64,000 nt of DNA. Origin: Deltaproteobacteria bacterium (GTDB taxonomy: Bacteria; Myxococcota_A; UBA9160; JAJDAL01). Of the stretch, positions 16,850 to 25,720 are shown piece after piece. Position numbers and translations under genes: made by a program. The notes under the pieces are model-generated. The model had not been told where the DNA came from and did no database searches. It was given only the letters and a program-made list of their open reading frames with translations. The stretch lies in assembly GCA_029261875.1 (NCBI GenBank), contig JAJDAL010000006.1, forward strand, positions 120,765 through 184,764. The letters run 5' to 3'. How positions within the stretch are numbered: the first letter of the stretch is position 1; every line of letters begins with the position of its first letter.

Positions 16850-18256
16850 ATGGCCGACCCCCTTCACACACCGCTCACCGAACTCACCGCGTCTCTGCAC
16901 GCTGGAGACATTTCTCCCGTTGACCTGATGGAGCACACCCTGGCGCGCATCGGTTCGGCCGACGAGAAGCTCAATTCGTTCTGTGTCGTTCGCGACGGGG
17001 AGGCGCTGCTCGACGAAGCGCGCGCGGCGGCCGAGCGTATCGCGCGCGGCGAAGGCCGCGTGCTCGAAGGCATTCCCGTAGGCGTCAAAGATCTCGAAGA
17101 CGCCCACGGGCTCACCACCAGTCAGGGCTCGATTCCCTTCAAAGACCAGGTGGCAGAGCGGGATTCGATCCAGGTGGAGCGCTTGCGCGAAGCGGGCGCC
17201 ATCGTCGTGGGCAAGACCAACGCTCCGGAGTTCGGCTACACCGCGATCACCAAGAACCTCGTCTACGGCGCAACCTCGAGTCCCTGGAATCTGGAGCGAT
17301 CCCCCGGCGGTTCGAGCGGAGGTTCTTCGGCCGCCATCGCGGGTGGACTCGTCCCCTTGGCGACCGCCAGTGACGGCGGCGGTTCCGTACGCTTGCCCGC
17401 CTCCTTTACCGGCTGCTTCGGACTGAAGCCCAGTTGGGGTCGCATCCCCAACGGTCCCCGGAAGCAATGGGTCATGGACGACACCGCGGTACAGGGTCCG
17501 CTCACGCGCACGGTGGAAGACGCAGCGCTCCACCTCGACGTGGTGGTGGGCGTCCATCCTTTGGATCCGAATTCGCTTCCGCACCCCGGGCTCTCCTACC
17601 GGGAAACCCTGCGCGAAAAACTCCCGCGCTTGCGCATCGGCTATTCGCCGGACCTGGGCTATGCGGTCGTGCAGCGCGATGTGGCCGAGGTGGCGGAGAA
17701 GGCCGCGCGGGTTTTCGAAGAACTCGGCCACGAGGTGGAATTCCTGAAGGGCGGCCCGCCGGAACCGGGACTCGACTGGGGCACCCTCGGCGCCTTCGAG
17801 CTGGCTTCGAAGCTCGACCATCTACTCCCGGAACACGAACCGGAATTCGGGCGAACGTTCCTTCGCGGCGTCAAGCACGGCTACACGATGACGCCCGCCC
17901 GCTGGGCCGCAGGCAACAAGCGCCGCGAAGAACTCAATCGCTGGTGCGCGGAGATCTTCTCCCAGTACGATTTCCTCCTGACACCGACCGCTCCCTTCGA
18001 CCCGCCGCCGACACGCGGCCCCTTCCCGAGTGAAATCGACGGCCGCAAGGTGCCGTTCTCGAGCGCCGGTGGGTTCACCATGCCCTTCAATCTCGCCTGG
18101 CACCCCGCCGCGACCGTGCGCGCGGGCTTGTCCGAAGCCGAACTTCCGGTGGGATTGCAGATCGTCGGACCGCGACATCGCGACGACCTGGTGATGCGCG
18201 CCGCCTACACGTTCGAGCAAGCGCGTCCCTGGCATCCCCATTGGCCCGTGATCTGA
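16850..18256 (+). CDS. Amidase (amidase-signature family)
   Basis: 468 aa. AS-family core GGSSGGSSAAIAGG and GKTNAPEFG. Confidence 0.9.
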   Translation: MADPLHTPLTELTASLHAGDISPVDLMEHTLARIGSADEKLNSFCVVRDGEALLDEARAAAERIARGEGRVLEGIPVGVKDLEDAHGLTTSQGSIPFKDQVAERDSIQVERLREAGAIVVGKTNAPEFGYTAITKNLVYGATSSPWNLERSPGGSSGGSSAAIAGGLVPLATASDGGGSVRLPASFTGCFGLKPSWGRIPNGPRKQWVMDDTAVQGPLTRTVEDAALHLDVVVGVHPLDPNSLPHPGLSYRETLREKLPRLRIGYSPDLGYAVVQRDVAEVAEKAARVFEELGHEVEFLKGGPPEPGLDWGTLGAFELASKLDHLLPEHEPEFGRTFLRGVKHGYTMTPARWAAGNKRREELNRWCAEIFSQYDFLLTPTAPFDPPPTRGPFPSEIDGRKVPFSSAGGFTMPFNLAWHPAATVRAGLSEAELPVGLQIVGPRHRDDLVMRAAYTFEQARPWHPHWPVI

Positions 18257-18634
18257 GCCACTAGGCTTCGCGGGTTTTCGCGAGGCGCTTTCCCAATTTG
18301 CGCCGTCGAAGATCTGGACTTCGAGCGCCCCGAGATCGATCCCTTCGATGCAGCGCGCGTTGACGTCGATCTTGTCCGGGTCCGAGCGCGGTACGTAGAA
18401 CGGCGAAACTCCACAAACCGGGCAAAAATGGTGTTGCGCCACGCCGGTGTTGAACGTGTAGGTCGCGATCTCCTCCATGGGTGTCAGGATGCGCACACGT
18501 TCCTTGGGCACGATCCAGTGCAGGTATCCCTTTTGGCGACAAATCGAACAATTGCATTCCAGGACGCGGGTGACTTCGCCGTCCACTTCGCAGCGGATGC
18601 GGCCGCAGTGACAGCGCGCGCGTTGGACATTCAT
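17822..18634 (-). CDS. GFA/CENP-V family zinc protein; the ORF has no stop at the expected position and reads through antisense to the amidase
   Basis: ATG 18634 overlaps the Sir2 stop (ATGA). The first ~125 aa are GFA-like: MNVQRARCHCGRIRCEV...CNCSICRQKGYLHW...HHFCPVCGVSPFY...FDGANWE. Only 18260-18634 is supported by similarity. The remaining 435 nt are antisense to the amidase 3' end. Confidence 0.55.
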   Translation of the reverse strand: MNVQRARCHCGRIRCEVDGEVTRVLECNCSICRQKGYLHWIVPKERVRILTPMEEIATYTFNTGVAQHHFCPVCGVSPFYVPRSDPDKIDVNARCIEGIDLGALEVQIFDGANWESASRKPAKPSGSDHGPMGMPGTRLLERVGGAHHQVVAMSRSDDLQSHRKFGFGQARAHGRGGVPGEIEGHGEPTGARERHLAAVDFTREGAACRRRVEGSGRCQEEIVLGEDLRAPAIEFFAALVACGPAGGRHRVAVLDAAKERSPEFRFVFRE

Positions 18635-19383
18635 GCTTCGACCACTTTCCGAACGAGTCTCGGGAGCAACTCTTCCACGGGTTCTTCGAACTTGTAATCC
18701 GCCATGGCGTCGTACGGGGTTTCCGATGCGGTCAAGATCGCCGTCCTGGCCCCCGCGCGCGCGGCGACGTCGAACATGCCGTTGATGGGACCCACCACCA
18801 GGGAGGTCCCCACCGCGACGAACAAATCGCAGCGCGCGGCGCACTGCATGGCCCGCTCGAGATCCTCCGCGACCAGGCTCTGGCCGAAAGAGATCGTGGC
18901 CGGTTTCCATGGGCCCCCACACGCACAACTTGGAACCGCCGTGCCGGCTTCGAACAGACGCTGTGCCACTTCGCGGGGTTCTCGGGCACCGCAATCCATG
19001 CACACGACCGCCGCATCGCTGCCGTGGATGTTTACGAGCCGCACGGGATCGAGGCCACTGCGCTCGTGCAATCCATCGACGTTCTGGGTCACCAACAGGT
19101 CGAGACGATTCGCGCCGGCGAGTTCCGCCAGGGCCCGGTGGGCTGCATTGGGTTTCGCGTTGCGGATCCGATCCCAGGTCTCCCCCTTGTAGCGCCAATA
19201 TTCCTCGCGCGCGGGTGCGCTGGCCAGGAAGTCTTGGATGGGAACGGGCTGATAGCGTTCCCAGCGTCCGCCCGGCGAGCGGAAGTCGGGAATCCCCGAC
19301 GCAGTGGAGAGGCCTGCTCCCGTCAGGACCACCGCGCTCTTGGCCGCGCGCCAATCCCGCGCGAGTTCGTCCAGGGCTTGCAT
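18631..19383 (-). CDS. cobB: NAD-dependent protein deacylase (Sir2/CobB family)
   Basis: ORF 18631..20415 trimmed to MQALDEL (ATG 19383). Motifs GAGLSTASGIPDFRS and QNVDGLH, with zinc cysteines CMDCG...CACGG. Confidence 0.9.
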   Translation of the reverse strand: MQALDELARDWRAAKSAVVLTGAGLSTASGIPDFRSPGGRWERYQPVPIQDFLASAPAREEYWRYKGETWDRIRNAKPNAAHRALAELAGANRLDLLVTQNVDGLHERSGLDPVRLVNIHGSDAAVVCMDCGAREPREVAQRLFEAGTAVPSCACGGPWKPATISFGQSLVAEDLERAMQCAARCDLFVAVGTSLVVGPINGMFDVAARAGARTAILTASETPYDAMADYKFEEPVEELLPRLVRKVVEA

Positions 19384-19434
19384 CTTGCGAACATAACGCT
19401 GTGATAGACTCGATGCCCTTCTCCAGGAGGCTCC

Positions 19435-20652
19435 ATGGATCTGCGTTACAGCGAGGAATACGAGGCGTACCGGAGCGAAGTGCGCGAGTTTCTGGCCGCC
19501 AATTGGCCCATGCAGGGCGAAGACGCAAAGCGCTCGCAAGCGGAACAGCACGCACTCTTTCGCGAGCGCGCCGTCGAGCGCGGCTACCTCGCGCGCTCCA
19601 TTCCGCGCAAGTACGGGGGCTCCGAGCAGCCTTCGGATGTGTTGCGTGCGGCGATCCTGCGCGAAGAACTCGCCAAAGCCCACGCACCGCGCGACGCCGT
19701 CGGAATCGGGCCCCAGATGCTGGTACCCACCTTGCTCGAGCACGGCGCCGAGTGGCAGAAAGAGAAATTCGTTCCGCCCACGATCCGCGGCGAGATGATC
19801 TGGTGCCAGGGTTACAGCGAGCCCGGCTCCGGCAGCGACCTCGCTTCCTTGAAGACCCGTGCGGATCTCGAAAACGGCGAGTGGGTGATCAACGGACAGA
19901 AGATCTGGACCACCGGCGCCCACATCGCCCAGTACATGTTCTGTCTCTGCCGCACCGAACCCGAAGCGTCCAAGCACGCGGGCATTTCCTACCTCCTCAT
20001 CGACATGAAGACGCCGGGGATCGATGTTCGCCCCCTGCGCCAGATGACCGGTGGCAGCGACTTCAACGAAGTGTTCTTGAACGATGTCCGGGTGCCCGAG
20101 AAGAACATCGTGGGCAAGCGCGGCGAGGGTTGGATCGTGTCGCGTTCGACCCTGAAACACGAACGCAACCTGATCGGCGATGCGAACCGTACCCGGTTCA
20201 TGTTCGACAACCTCCTGAAACTCGCCAAAGAAACCCTGCGCGACGGAAAACCCGCCGTTCAGGATCCGACGATCCGACAGCAGTTGGTGGAGCTCGAAGG
20301 CGTCGTGGCCTCCCATCAATACGAGGGCTATCGGCAGCTGACCCTGGCCGCACGCGGGCAGGATCCCGGCATCGGCGCGATGATGAACAAACTCATTTCC
20401 ACCAACATCGGTCACCGGGTTTCGCAGATGGCCCTGGATCTATTGGGCGACGACGGACTCCTGGCACCGCTCACCGACGCTTCGTCGATCCGTTCCCCAA
20501 AGGGCGGGGCCCAGGGATGGATCGCCCAATACATGTGGTCCCTGGGAATCGCGATCGCGGGCGGGACCGCGAACATTCAGCGCAACGTGATTGCGGAGCG
20601 CGGCCTGGGAATGCCGCGCGACGCCGCCGCGCAGCGGAGCAACGACTCGTGA
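19435..20652 (+). CDS. Acyl-CoA dehydrogenase family protein (subunit 1 of a coupled pair)
   Basis: 405 aa. ACAD fold: WCQGYSEPGSGSDLASL and the C-terminal IAGGTANIQRNVIAERGLG. Confidence 0.9.
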   Translation: MDLRYSEEYEAYRSEVREFLAANWPMQGEDAKRSQAEQHALFRERAVERGYLARSIPRKYGGSEQPSDVLRAAILREELAKAHAPRDAVGIGPQMLVPTLLEHGAEWQKEKFVPPTIRGEMIWCQGYSEPGSGSDLASLKTRADLENGEWVINGQKIWTTGAHIAQYMFCLCRTEPEASKHAGISYLLIDMKTPGIDVRPLRQMTGGSDFNEVFLNDVRVPEKNIVGKRGEGWIVSRSTLKHERNLIGDANRTRFMFDNLLKLAKETLRDGKPAVQDPTIRQQLVELEGVVASHQYEGYRQLTLAARGQDPGIGAMMNKLISTNIGHRVSQMALDLLGDDGLLAPLTDASSIRSPKGGAQGWIAQYMWSLGIAIAGGTANIQRNVIAERGLGMPRDAAAQRSNDS

Positions 20653-21737
20653 ATTTTGGACTCTCCGAAGAGCAGGAAATTCTGCAAAGCAGCGTGGGGC
20701 AGTACCTCGAAAAGGAGTGCCCGGCGAATCGACTGCGCGACATCTTCGAAGGCGAGGACGGATTCGATGCGGCCCTGTGGCAGGGCATGGTCGAAATGGG
20801 ACTCGCGGGTCTCGTCATCCCCGAAGAATTCGGCGGCGCGGGCCTCGAGATCCTGGATCTCGGCCTCGTCTCGGAAGTCCTCGGACGCGCCGCAACCCCG
20901 GGACCGTTTCTCGGCCACACGCTGGCGGGCCTCGCGATCTTGCGCGGCGGCAGCGAGGAACAGAAGCAGCGCTGGCTTCCGCGGCTCGCCAGCGGCGAGG
21001 CCCTGGGCAGCGTCGCGCTGTGCGAGAGCCGGGATCGCGCGGGCGCCGAAGGGTGGGGGCCAGAAGACTGGAAGCTCTCCGCCGCCGCGGAACTCAGCGG
21101 AACCCGACCCCACGTGCTGTATGGATCCCGCGCGGACCTGATCGTCGTCGGCGTCGAAAACGGGCTTTGTGTGGTGGAGGGTTCGGCCGCGGGCGTCCAA
21201 TGGACCCCCGTGAAAGGCGCGGACCGGTCGCGGCGTACGGACGATCTGACCCTGGACGGAACGCCCGCGGAACGCCTTCCCGACGGTGCCTCCGCCGCGC
21301 AGTTCGTTCGCGATGCGGGGCTCGTGGCTTTGTCCGCCGATGCCTTCGGTGGCGCTTCGCGATTGATCCAGGACTCGGTGGAATATGCGAAGACCCGGGT
21401 GCAATTCGGTGTTCCGATCGCGCACTTTCAAGCCGTGAAGCATCAGCTTGCCAACATGGCCACCGCCATCGAACCGGCCCGGTCTCTCTATTGGTACGCC
21501 GCCCACGCGCTCGACCAGATTCCCGAGGCAGCGCCGCGCCAGGCCGCAATCGCCAAAGCGCACTTGACGGACCAATACCTGCAGATCGCACGTGAATCCG
21601 TCGAATTGCACGGCGGCATCGGGTTCACCTGGGAGTGCGACGTTCAGATGTGGTTCAAGCGCGCCATGTTCGACCGCGCTTTTCTGGGAACACCCAGCCT
21701 GCACCGCGAGCGCGCCGCCGTTCTCGCCGACTGGTAG
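20649..21737 (+). CDS. Acyl-CoA dehydrogenase family protein (subunit 2 of a coupled pair)
   Basis: GTG 20649 overlaps the upstream stop (GTGA). 362 aa. VNFGLSEEQEIL... and VELHGGIGFTWECDVQMWFKRA. Confidence 0.85.
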   Translation: MNFGLSEEQEILQSSVGQYLEKECPANRLRDIFEGEDGFDAALWQGMVEMGLAGLVIPEEFGGAGLEILDLGLVSEVLGRAATPGPFLGHTLAGLAILRGGSEEQKQRWLPRLASGEALGSVALCESRDRAGAEGWGPEDWKLSAAAELSGTRPHVLYGSRADLIVVGVENGLCVVEGSAAGVQWTPVKGADRSRRTDDLTLDGTPAERLPDGASAAQFVRDAGLVALSADAFGGASRLIQDSVEYAKTRVQFGVPIAHFQAVKHQLANMATAIEPARSLYWYAAHALDQIPEAAPRQAAIAKAHLTDQYLQIARESVELHGGIGFTWECDVQMWFKRAMFDRAFLGTPSLHRERAAVLADW

Positions 21738-21747
21738 CCCCGCGGCG

Positions 21748-22770
21748 ATGAAACCCATCGACCTGCGCAGTGACACTGTCACCCTTCCTACTCGCGCCAT
21801 GCGGGACGTGATGGCCAACGCCGAACTCGGTGACGATGTGTACGGCGAAGACCCGAGCGTCAACCGCTTGCAGGAACACGCCGCCGCGTTGATGGGCAAA
21901 GAAGCCGCCGTGTTCGTGGCCTCCGGCACGCTCGCCAACCAAGCGTCCATCCGCTCCCACACCCACCACGGAGACGTCGTTCTCGCGGGCGAAGGAGCCC
22001 ACATCCTGCGCTACGAATCCGGCGCTCCTGCGGCGCTATCCGGAGTGCAGGTCAAAACCCTGGGCGAGGGCGGTTTCTTCGATGCGCGCGATGTGGCGCT
22101 CGGAGTCCATCCAAAGGACGCCCACTACGCCCCCACCACCCTGGTCGCCCTCGAGAACACCCACAACTTCGCTGGGGGACGCGTCTTTCCCTTGGAGCCG
22201 ATCCAAGCCATTGCCGAGGCCGCTCGCGATCGCGGTCTCGCACTGCATCTCGACGGCGCGCGAATCATGAACGCCGTGGTGGCGTCGGGAATCTCCGCCT
22301 CCGTGTGGGCTGCACCTTTCGACACCGTGGCGTTCTGTTTGTCCAAGGGATTAGGGGCTCCAGTCGGCTCTCTGGTTGCCGGCAGCACGGAACAGATCGA
22401 GCGGATTCGGCGCATCCGAAAAATGTGGGGTGGCGGGATGCGGCAGGCCGGCGTGCTCGCCGCCGCGGGACTCTACGCCCTCGAGCACCACGTGGATCGA
22501 TTGGCGGAGGACCACCTCCACGCGAGATCCTTTGCCGAAGGGCTCGAGACTCTCGATGTGGATGTCGAACGGACCCCGGAAACCAACATGGTGATGTTTC
22601 GGTTCGACGATACCCAGGGGTTCGTGCGCGAAACCCGCTTGCGAGACCTGCTCATCAACCCGACGGGCCCCGGACGCTTTCGCGTCGTGACGCATTTGGG
22701 TGTGCGTTCCGAAGACGTCGATGACGCCCTCGGGCGGATCCGGGAAGCCCTGGAAGAACTCCGGGGCTGA
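21748..22770 (+). CDS. ltaE: Low-specificity L-threonine aldolase
   Basis: ORF 21592..22770 trimmed to MKPIDLRSDTVTLPT (ATG 21748). PLP-Lys context FCLSKGLGAPVGS. Confidence 0.9.
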   Translation: MKPIDLRSDTVTLPTRAMRDVMANAELGDDVYGEDPSVNRLQEHAAALMGKEAAVFVASGTLANQASIRSHTHHGDVVLAGEGAHILRYESGAPAALSGVQVKTLGEGGFFDARDVALGVHPKDAHYAPTTLVALENTHNFAGGRVFPLEPIQAIAEAARDRGLALHLDGARIMNAVVASGISASVWAAPFDTVAFCLSKGLGAPVGSLVAGSTEQIERIRRIRKMWGGGMRQAGVLAAAGLYALEHHVDRLAEDHLHARSFAEGLETLDVDVERTPETNMVMFRFDDTQGFVRETRLRDLLINPTGPGRFRVVTHLGVRSEDVDDALGRIREALEELRG

Positions 22771-22774
22771 GACC

Positions 22775-22807
22775 TTCGCGCGGCCCGGTCGTGCCGGGCC
22801 GCGCGAA
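22775..22807. terminator. Perfect 14-bp GC hairpin between convergent ltaE and FKBP genes
   Basis: TTCGCGCGGCCCGG-tcgtg-CCGGGCCGCGCGAA. Only a weak T tract follows. Confidence 0.45.
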
Positions 22808-22811
22808 ATTC

Positions 22812-23564
22812 CTACTCTTCGGCGGCGACGATCTCGATCAATTCCACGTCGAAGGAAAGTGCGGCGCCCGGGGCGATGCGCGGCGGTGCGCCGGTGTCGC
22901 CGTAAGCGATTTTCGAAGGGCAGATGATCTTCGCGGACCCGCCGGGCTTCATGCGTTGCACGGCCTCGGTCCAGCAGGGAATCACGCGGTTCAACGGGAA
23001 GGTCGCGGGTTGGCCCCGGTCCACGGAGCTGTCGAACACGCTGCCGTCGCGCAGGGTGCCGTGGTAGTGAACGCGAACCGTGTCGGTCGCGGCCGGTGAA
23101 GCCCCTTCGCCCGGAGCCTGTTCGATGTAGATCAAACCCGACTCGGTTTGAACCGCTCCCTCTTCTTTGGCCATCTGTTCGAGGAAGGCCTGGGAATCCT
23201 TCTTCTCGCGTTCGGCGGCGGTCTGGAGACGCGCTTGTTGGAACGTTTGGATCTTTGCGCGATACGCATCCACGTCGACTTCGGGTTCCCGGTCGAGCAC
23301 GCCATCGCGAATACCCCGGGAGAGGGTCTCGACCTCGGATTCCGTGAGCGCGAAGCTGCCGAGATTGCGCGACAGGGTGAAACCCAAGGCGTAGATGGTG
23401 TTGTTGTCCTCATCGAGATTCGATCCCGCTCCGCCGGCATCGCTCGGCGAAGTTTCGGCACTCACTTCCACCACTTCGCCGCCCGGCGTGGCTACCTGGT
23501 CCGAGCAGGCGGCGGGCGCGATCAGAAAGAGGGCGATCGAAACAATGCGGATCCACAAACTCAT
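22812..23564 (-). CDS. FKBP-type peptidyl-prolyl isomerase, lipoprotein (FkpA/FklB-like)
   Basis: ORF 22812..23807 trimmed to MSLWIRIVSIALFLIAPAACS (lipobox-like; ATG 23564). FKBP core VRVHYHGTLRDGSVFDSS. Confidence 0.85.
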   Translation of the reverse strand: MSLWIRIVSIALFLIAPAACSDQVATPGGEVVEVSAETSPSDAGGAGSNLDEDNNTIYALGFTLSRNLGSFALTESEVETLSRGIRDGVLDREPEVDVDAYRAKIQTFQQARLQTAAEREKKDSQAFLEQMAKEEGAVQTESGLIYIEQAPGEGASPAATDTVRVHYHGTLRDGSVFDSSVDRGQPATFPLNRVIPCWTEAVQRMKPGGSAKIICPSKIAYGDTGAPPRIAPGAALSFDVELIEIVAAEE

Positions 23565-23857
23565 TAGTTTTCCCTTCGTTGGGTTGGGTTGGCTCGGCGG
23601 ATTTCGCGAACTCGCGGGGGATCTGCCGCCGGGCGGGACTTTGCACGTCCTTTTGCTTCGGCGCAATGGGGCGGCGGGATTCGGGGTTTCCGGCAGATTT
23701 TCTGGTTTCGTGGGATTCTGGACGCGGGACACGCGACTTGGCGCACCCCTGCGGACCATTTGCCGCTTCGCGAACCCGCAGCGCTTCAAGCGGCTCGCTT
23801 TGGTCACCGATCTCCCGTAAGGTGGCGATATTGCTACCCCCTTCTGCAGGTAATCCC

Positions 23858-24244
23858 GTGATTCGACGCGCTGCTGTGGCCCTTTTCGTCGCCTCCATCC
23901 TAACTACCGGAGTCCCCGACACCGCCACAGCCAAAGACCTGCGAACCTGTATCCGAATCAACAACGTCACGGTCTTCGCCCCACGCGGCGAGGTGTACGT
24001 GGAAGTCGATTCTTCCTGTTCCACGGACGATTTCGAGAACGGCGATGAGATTTCGGTCTTCGTCGAAGTACTCGTCAGCGAGCTGCCGCCGGTCAGTGAA
24101 GACTTCCGGGTCAGCGCCCTCGATCCTCGGCGTCGCCAGACCTTCATCTTCGACGAACTGTCCCTCGACACCGGAGACCCGGTACTCGTACGACTGATGC
24201 AGACGGGCGAGATCGTGGGACTCAAGAGCGTACGGGTTCCCTGA
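23858..24244 (+). CDS. Small secreted hypothetical protein
   Basis: GTG 23858 within ORF 23579..24244. 128 aa, with signal peptide [25 protein letters not shown] and two Cys. Its stop lies 1 nt before the next start. Confidence 0.5.
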   Translation: MIRRAAVALFVASILTTGVPDTATAKDLRTCIRINNVTVFAPRGEVYVEVDSSCSTDDFENGDEISVFVEVLVSELPPVSEDFRVSALDPRRRQTFIFDELSLDTGDPVLVRLMQTGEIVGLKSVRVP

Positions 24245-24245
24245 T

Positions 24246-24812
24246 TTGAGAGTGGAAGGCGCCGGACGCGATCTGTTTCACGCCGCAATCTCCCGAACGA
24301 ATTTTCGCGCGCGACCCCAGATCGTCGAGCGAAAACTCTCTCCCGAGGAACTGAAACAGGTTCGGGAACTCCGCAAGGCCGACCGCGAAGTTCGCGCCCA
24401 CGAACGCGCGCACAAAGGGGCCGCAGGTCCCTACGCGACGGGCGGCCCCAGCTACGAGTACACCCGCGGCCCCGACAATCGAAACTACGCCACGTCGGGA
24501 GAGGTGAAGATCGACGCATCGAAAGTCGAAGGCGATCCCCAGGCAACGATCCGCAAGATGCAGCAAGTGCGTCGTGCGGCCCTCGCGCCCAAAGACCCGT
24601 CTCCCCAGGATCGACGTGTCGCCGCGGAGGCGCGCAGCGCCGAAGCCGCTGCGCGTCGCGAGGTGGCCCGCCAACGCCTCGAAAACGGCGACACGCCCCT
24701 GACCTCGGAACCCGCCACGGGCGGGAAGACCCCGGAATCGCCGGCACTGCGCGCCTATCGTCAGAGTGCCTCGGAATCCTTTCCCGGCGACCTCCTCGAC
24801 CTGCACGCCTAG
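24246..24812 (+). CDS. SprA-related family protein (putative metalloprotease-like)
   Basis: 188 aa. The pattern [50 protein letters not shown]...[27 protein letters not shown] matches my memory of the SprA-related (PF12118) consensus. Confidence 0.7.
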   Translation: MRVEGAGRDLFHAAISRTNFRARPQIVERKLSPEELKQVRELRKADREVRAHERAHKGAAGPYATGGPSYEYTRGPDNRNYATSGEVKIDASKVEGDPQATIRKMQQVRRAALAPKDPSPQDRRVAAEARSAEAAARREVARQRLENGDTPLTSEPATGGKTPESPALRAYRQSASESFPGDLLDLHA

Positions 24813-24871
24813 TTCGAACGAATCCACGGCGCCGCTGGACACGGAAGCGCGCTTTCCGTCATGCTGTTGCC

Positions 24872-25711
24872 GTGAAGATCGAAGCCCTGGAGGCGCCGGA
24901 GCCCGGCTGTGAGGCAGTAGAGCGCCTTCGCGTCGAGGGCGATGCCGCAAGGACTACACCCGATTGGGTCGCTTGCGAGGAACCGCTCGAGATTCAGCTC
25001 GGCAGCGAATCCCTGGCCGTGGTGATGCGCACGCCCGGCCACGACCGGGAACTCGCCCTGGGGCTGCTCTTCACGGAGCGCGTGATCGTTTCCCTCGAGG
25101 ACATCAGCGCGCTCTACCCCTACACGCGAACGCGGGATCCAGAAAACGAAGACAACGTGCTCCGCGTCGTCACCGCACCCCGGGTCGAAGTCGATTTCGA
25201 GGCCCTGCGACGCAACCTGTACTCGAACAGCAGTTGTGGTGTCTGCGGGAAGGCCACCATCGAATCGGCACTCGCCACGCATCCACCGCTCGAAGACGAT
25301 TCCAAGTTTCCCGCCAGCTTCTTCTACGCTTTGCCCGCACGCCTGCGTGCCGCGCAGACGCTGTTCGCAAAAACCGGCGGACTCCACGGCGCGGGACTCT
25401 TCGACCGCAACGGCGAATTGCTCGTCGTACGGGAGGACGTCGGGCGCCACAACGCCGTGGACAAGGTGATCGGCTGGGCGCTTCAAAACCACCGACTCCC
25501 GCTTTCGCGGACCGTGCTGATGGTCTCGGGGCGAGTCTCCTACGAGATCGTCCAGAAGGCACTCGCGGCGCGGATTCCCGCGATCGCCGCCGTGTCGGCC
25601 CCAACCTCGCTCGCGATCCGTTTGGCGGATTCGAGCGGAATCGCCCTGGTGGGATTCTTGCGCGGGAGCGGGCTCAACGCCTATGCGAACCGCGCCCGCA
25701 TTTCCGGCTAG
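24872..25711 (+). CDS. fdhD: Formate dehydrogenase accessory sulfurtransferase FdhD
   Basis: 279 aa, GTG start. Motifs SSCGVCGK and GRHNAVDKVIGWAL. Confidence 0.9.
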   Translation: MKIEALEAPEPGCEAVERLRVEGDAARTTPDWVACEEPLEIQLGSESLAVVMRTPGHDRELALGLLFTERVIVSLEDISALYPYTRTRDPENEDNVLRVVTAPRVEVDFEALRRNLYSNSSCGVCGKATIESALATHPPLEDDSKFPASFFYALPARLRAAQTLFAKTGGLHGAGLFDRNGELLVVREDVGRHNAVDKVIGWALQNHRLPLSRTVLMVSGRVSYEIVQKALAARIPAIAAVSAPTSLAIRLADSSGIALVGFLRGSGLNAYANRARISG

Positions 25712-25720
25712 AATCCCCCT

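Noticed and set aside
18631-19383. Sir2-domain gene as a possible anti-phage defence (Thoeris or DSR-type) component
   Set aside because: It has the compact CobB-type layout with a zinc-ribbon Cys4 and the deacylase motifs. There is no TIR, Ago, helicase or other defence partner, and it sits among metabolic genes.
18635-20415. 5' extensions of the giant minus-strand ORFs 17822..19687 (621 aa) and 18631..20415 (594 aa)
   Set aside because: Only the GFA (from 18634) and Sir2 (from 19383) segments look like real proteins. The rest is antisense to the acyl-CoA dehydrogenase gene.
18909-20648. First 580 aa of the 942-aa ORF 18909..21737
   Set aside because: Arg/Pro-rich shadow frame over the Sir2 gene and the first ACAD gene. 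The real product starts at GTG 20649 (VNFGLSEEQEIL).
23578-23592. (GTTGG)x3 pentanucleotide repeat in the 5' UTR of the FKBP gene
   Set aside because: Only three units and no evidence of function. Noted as a possible slippage site, but not compelling.
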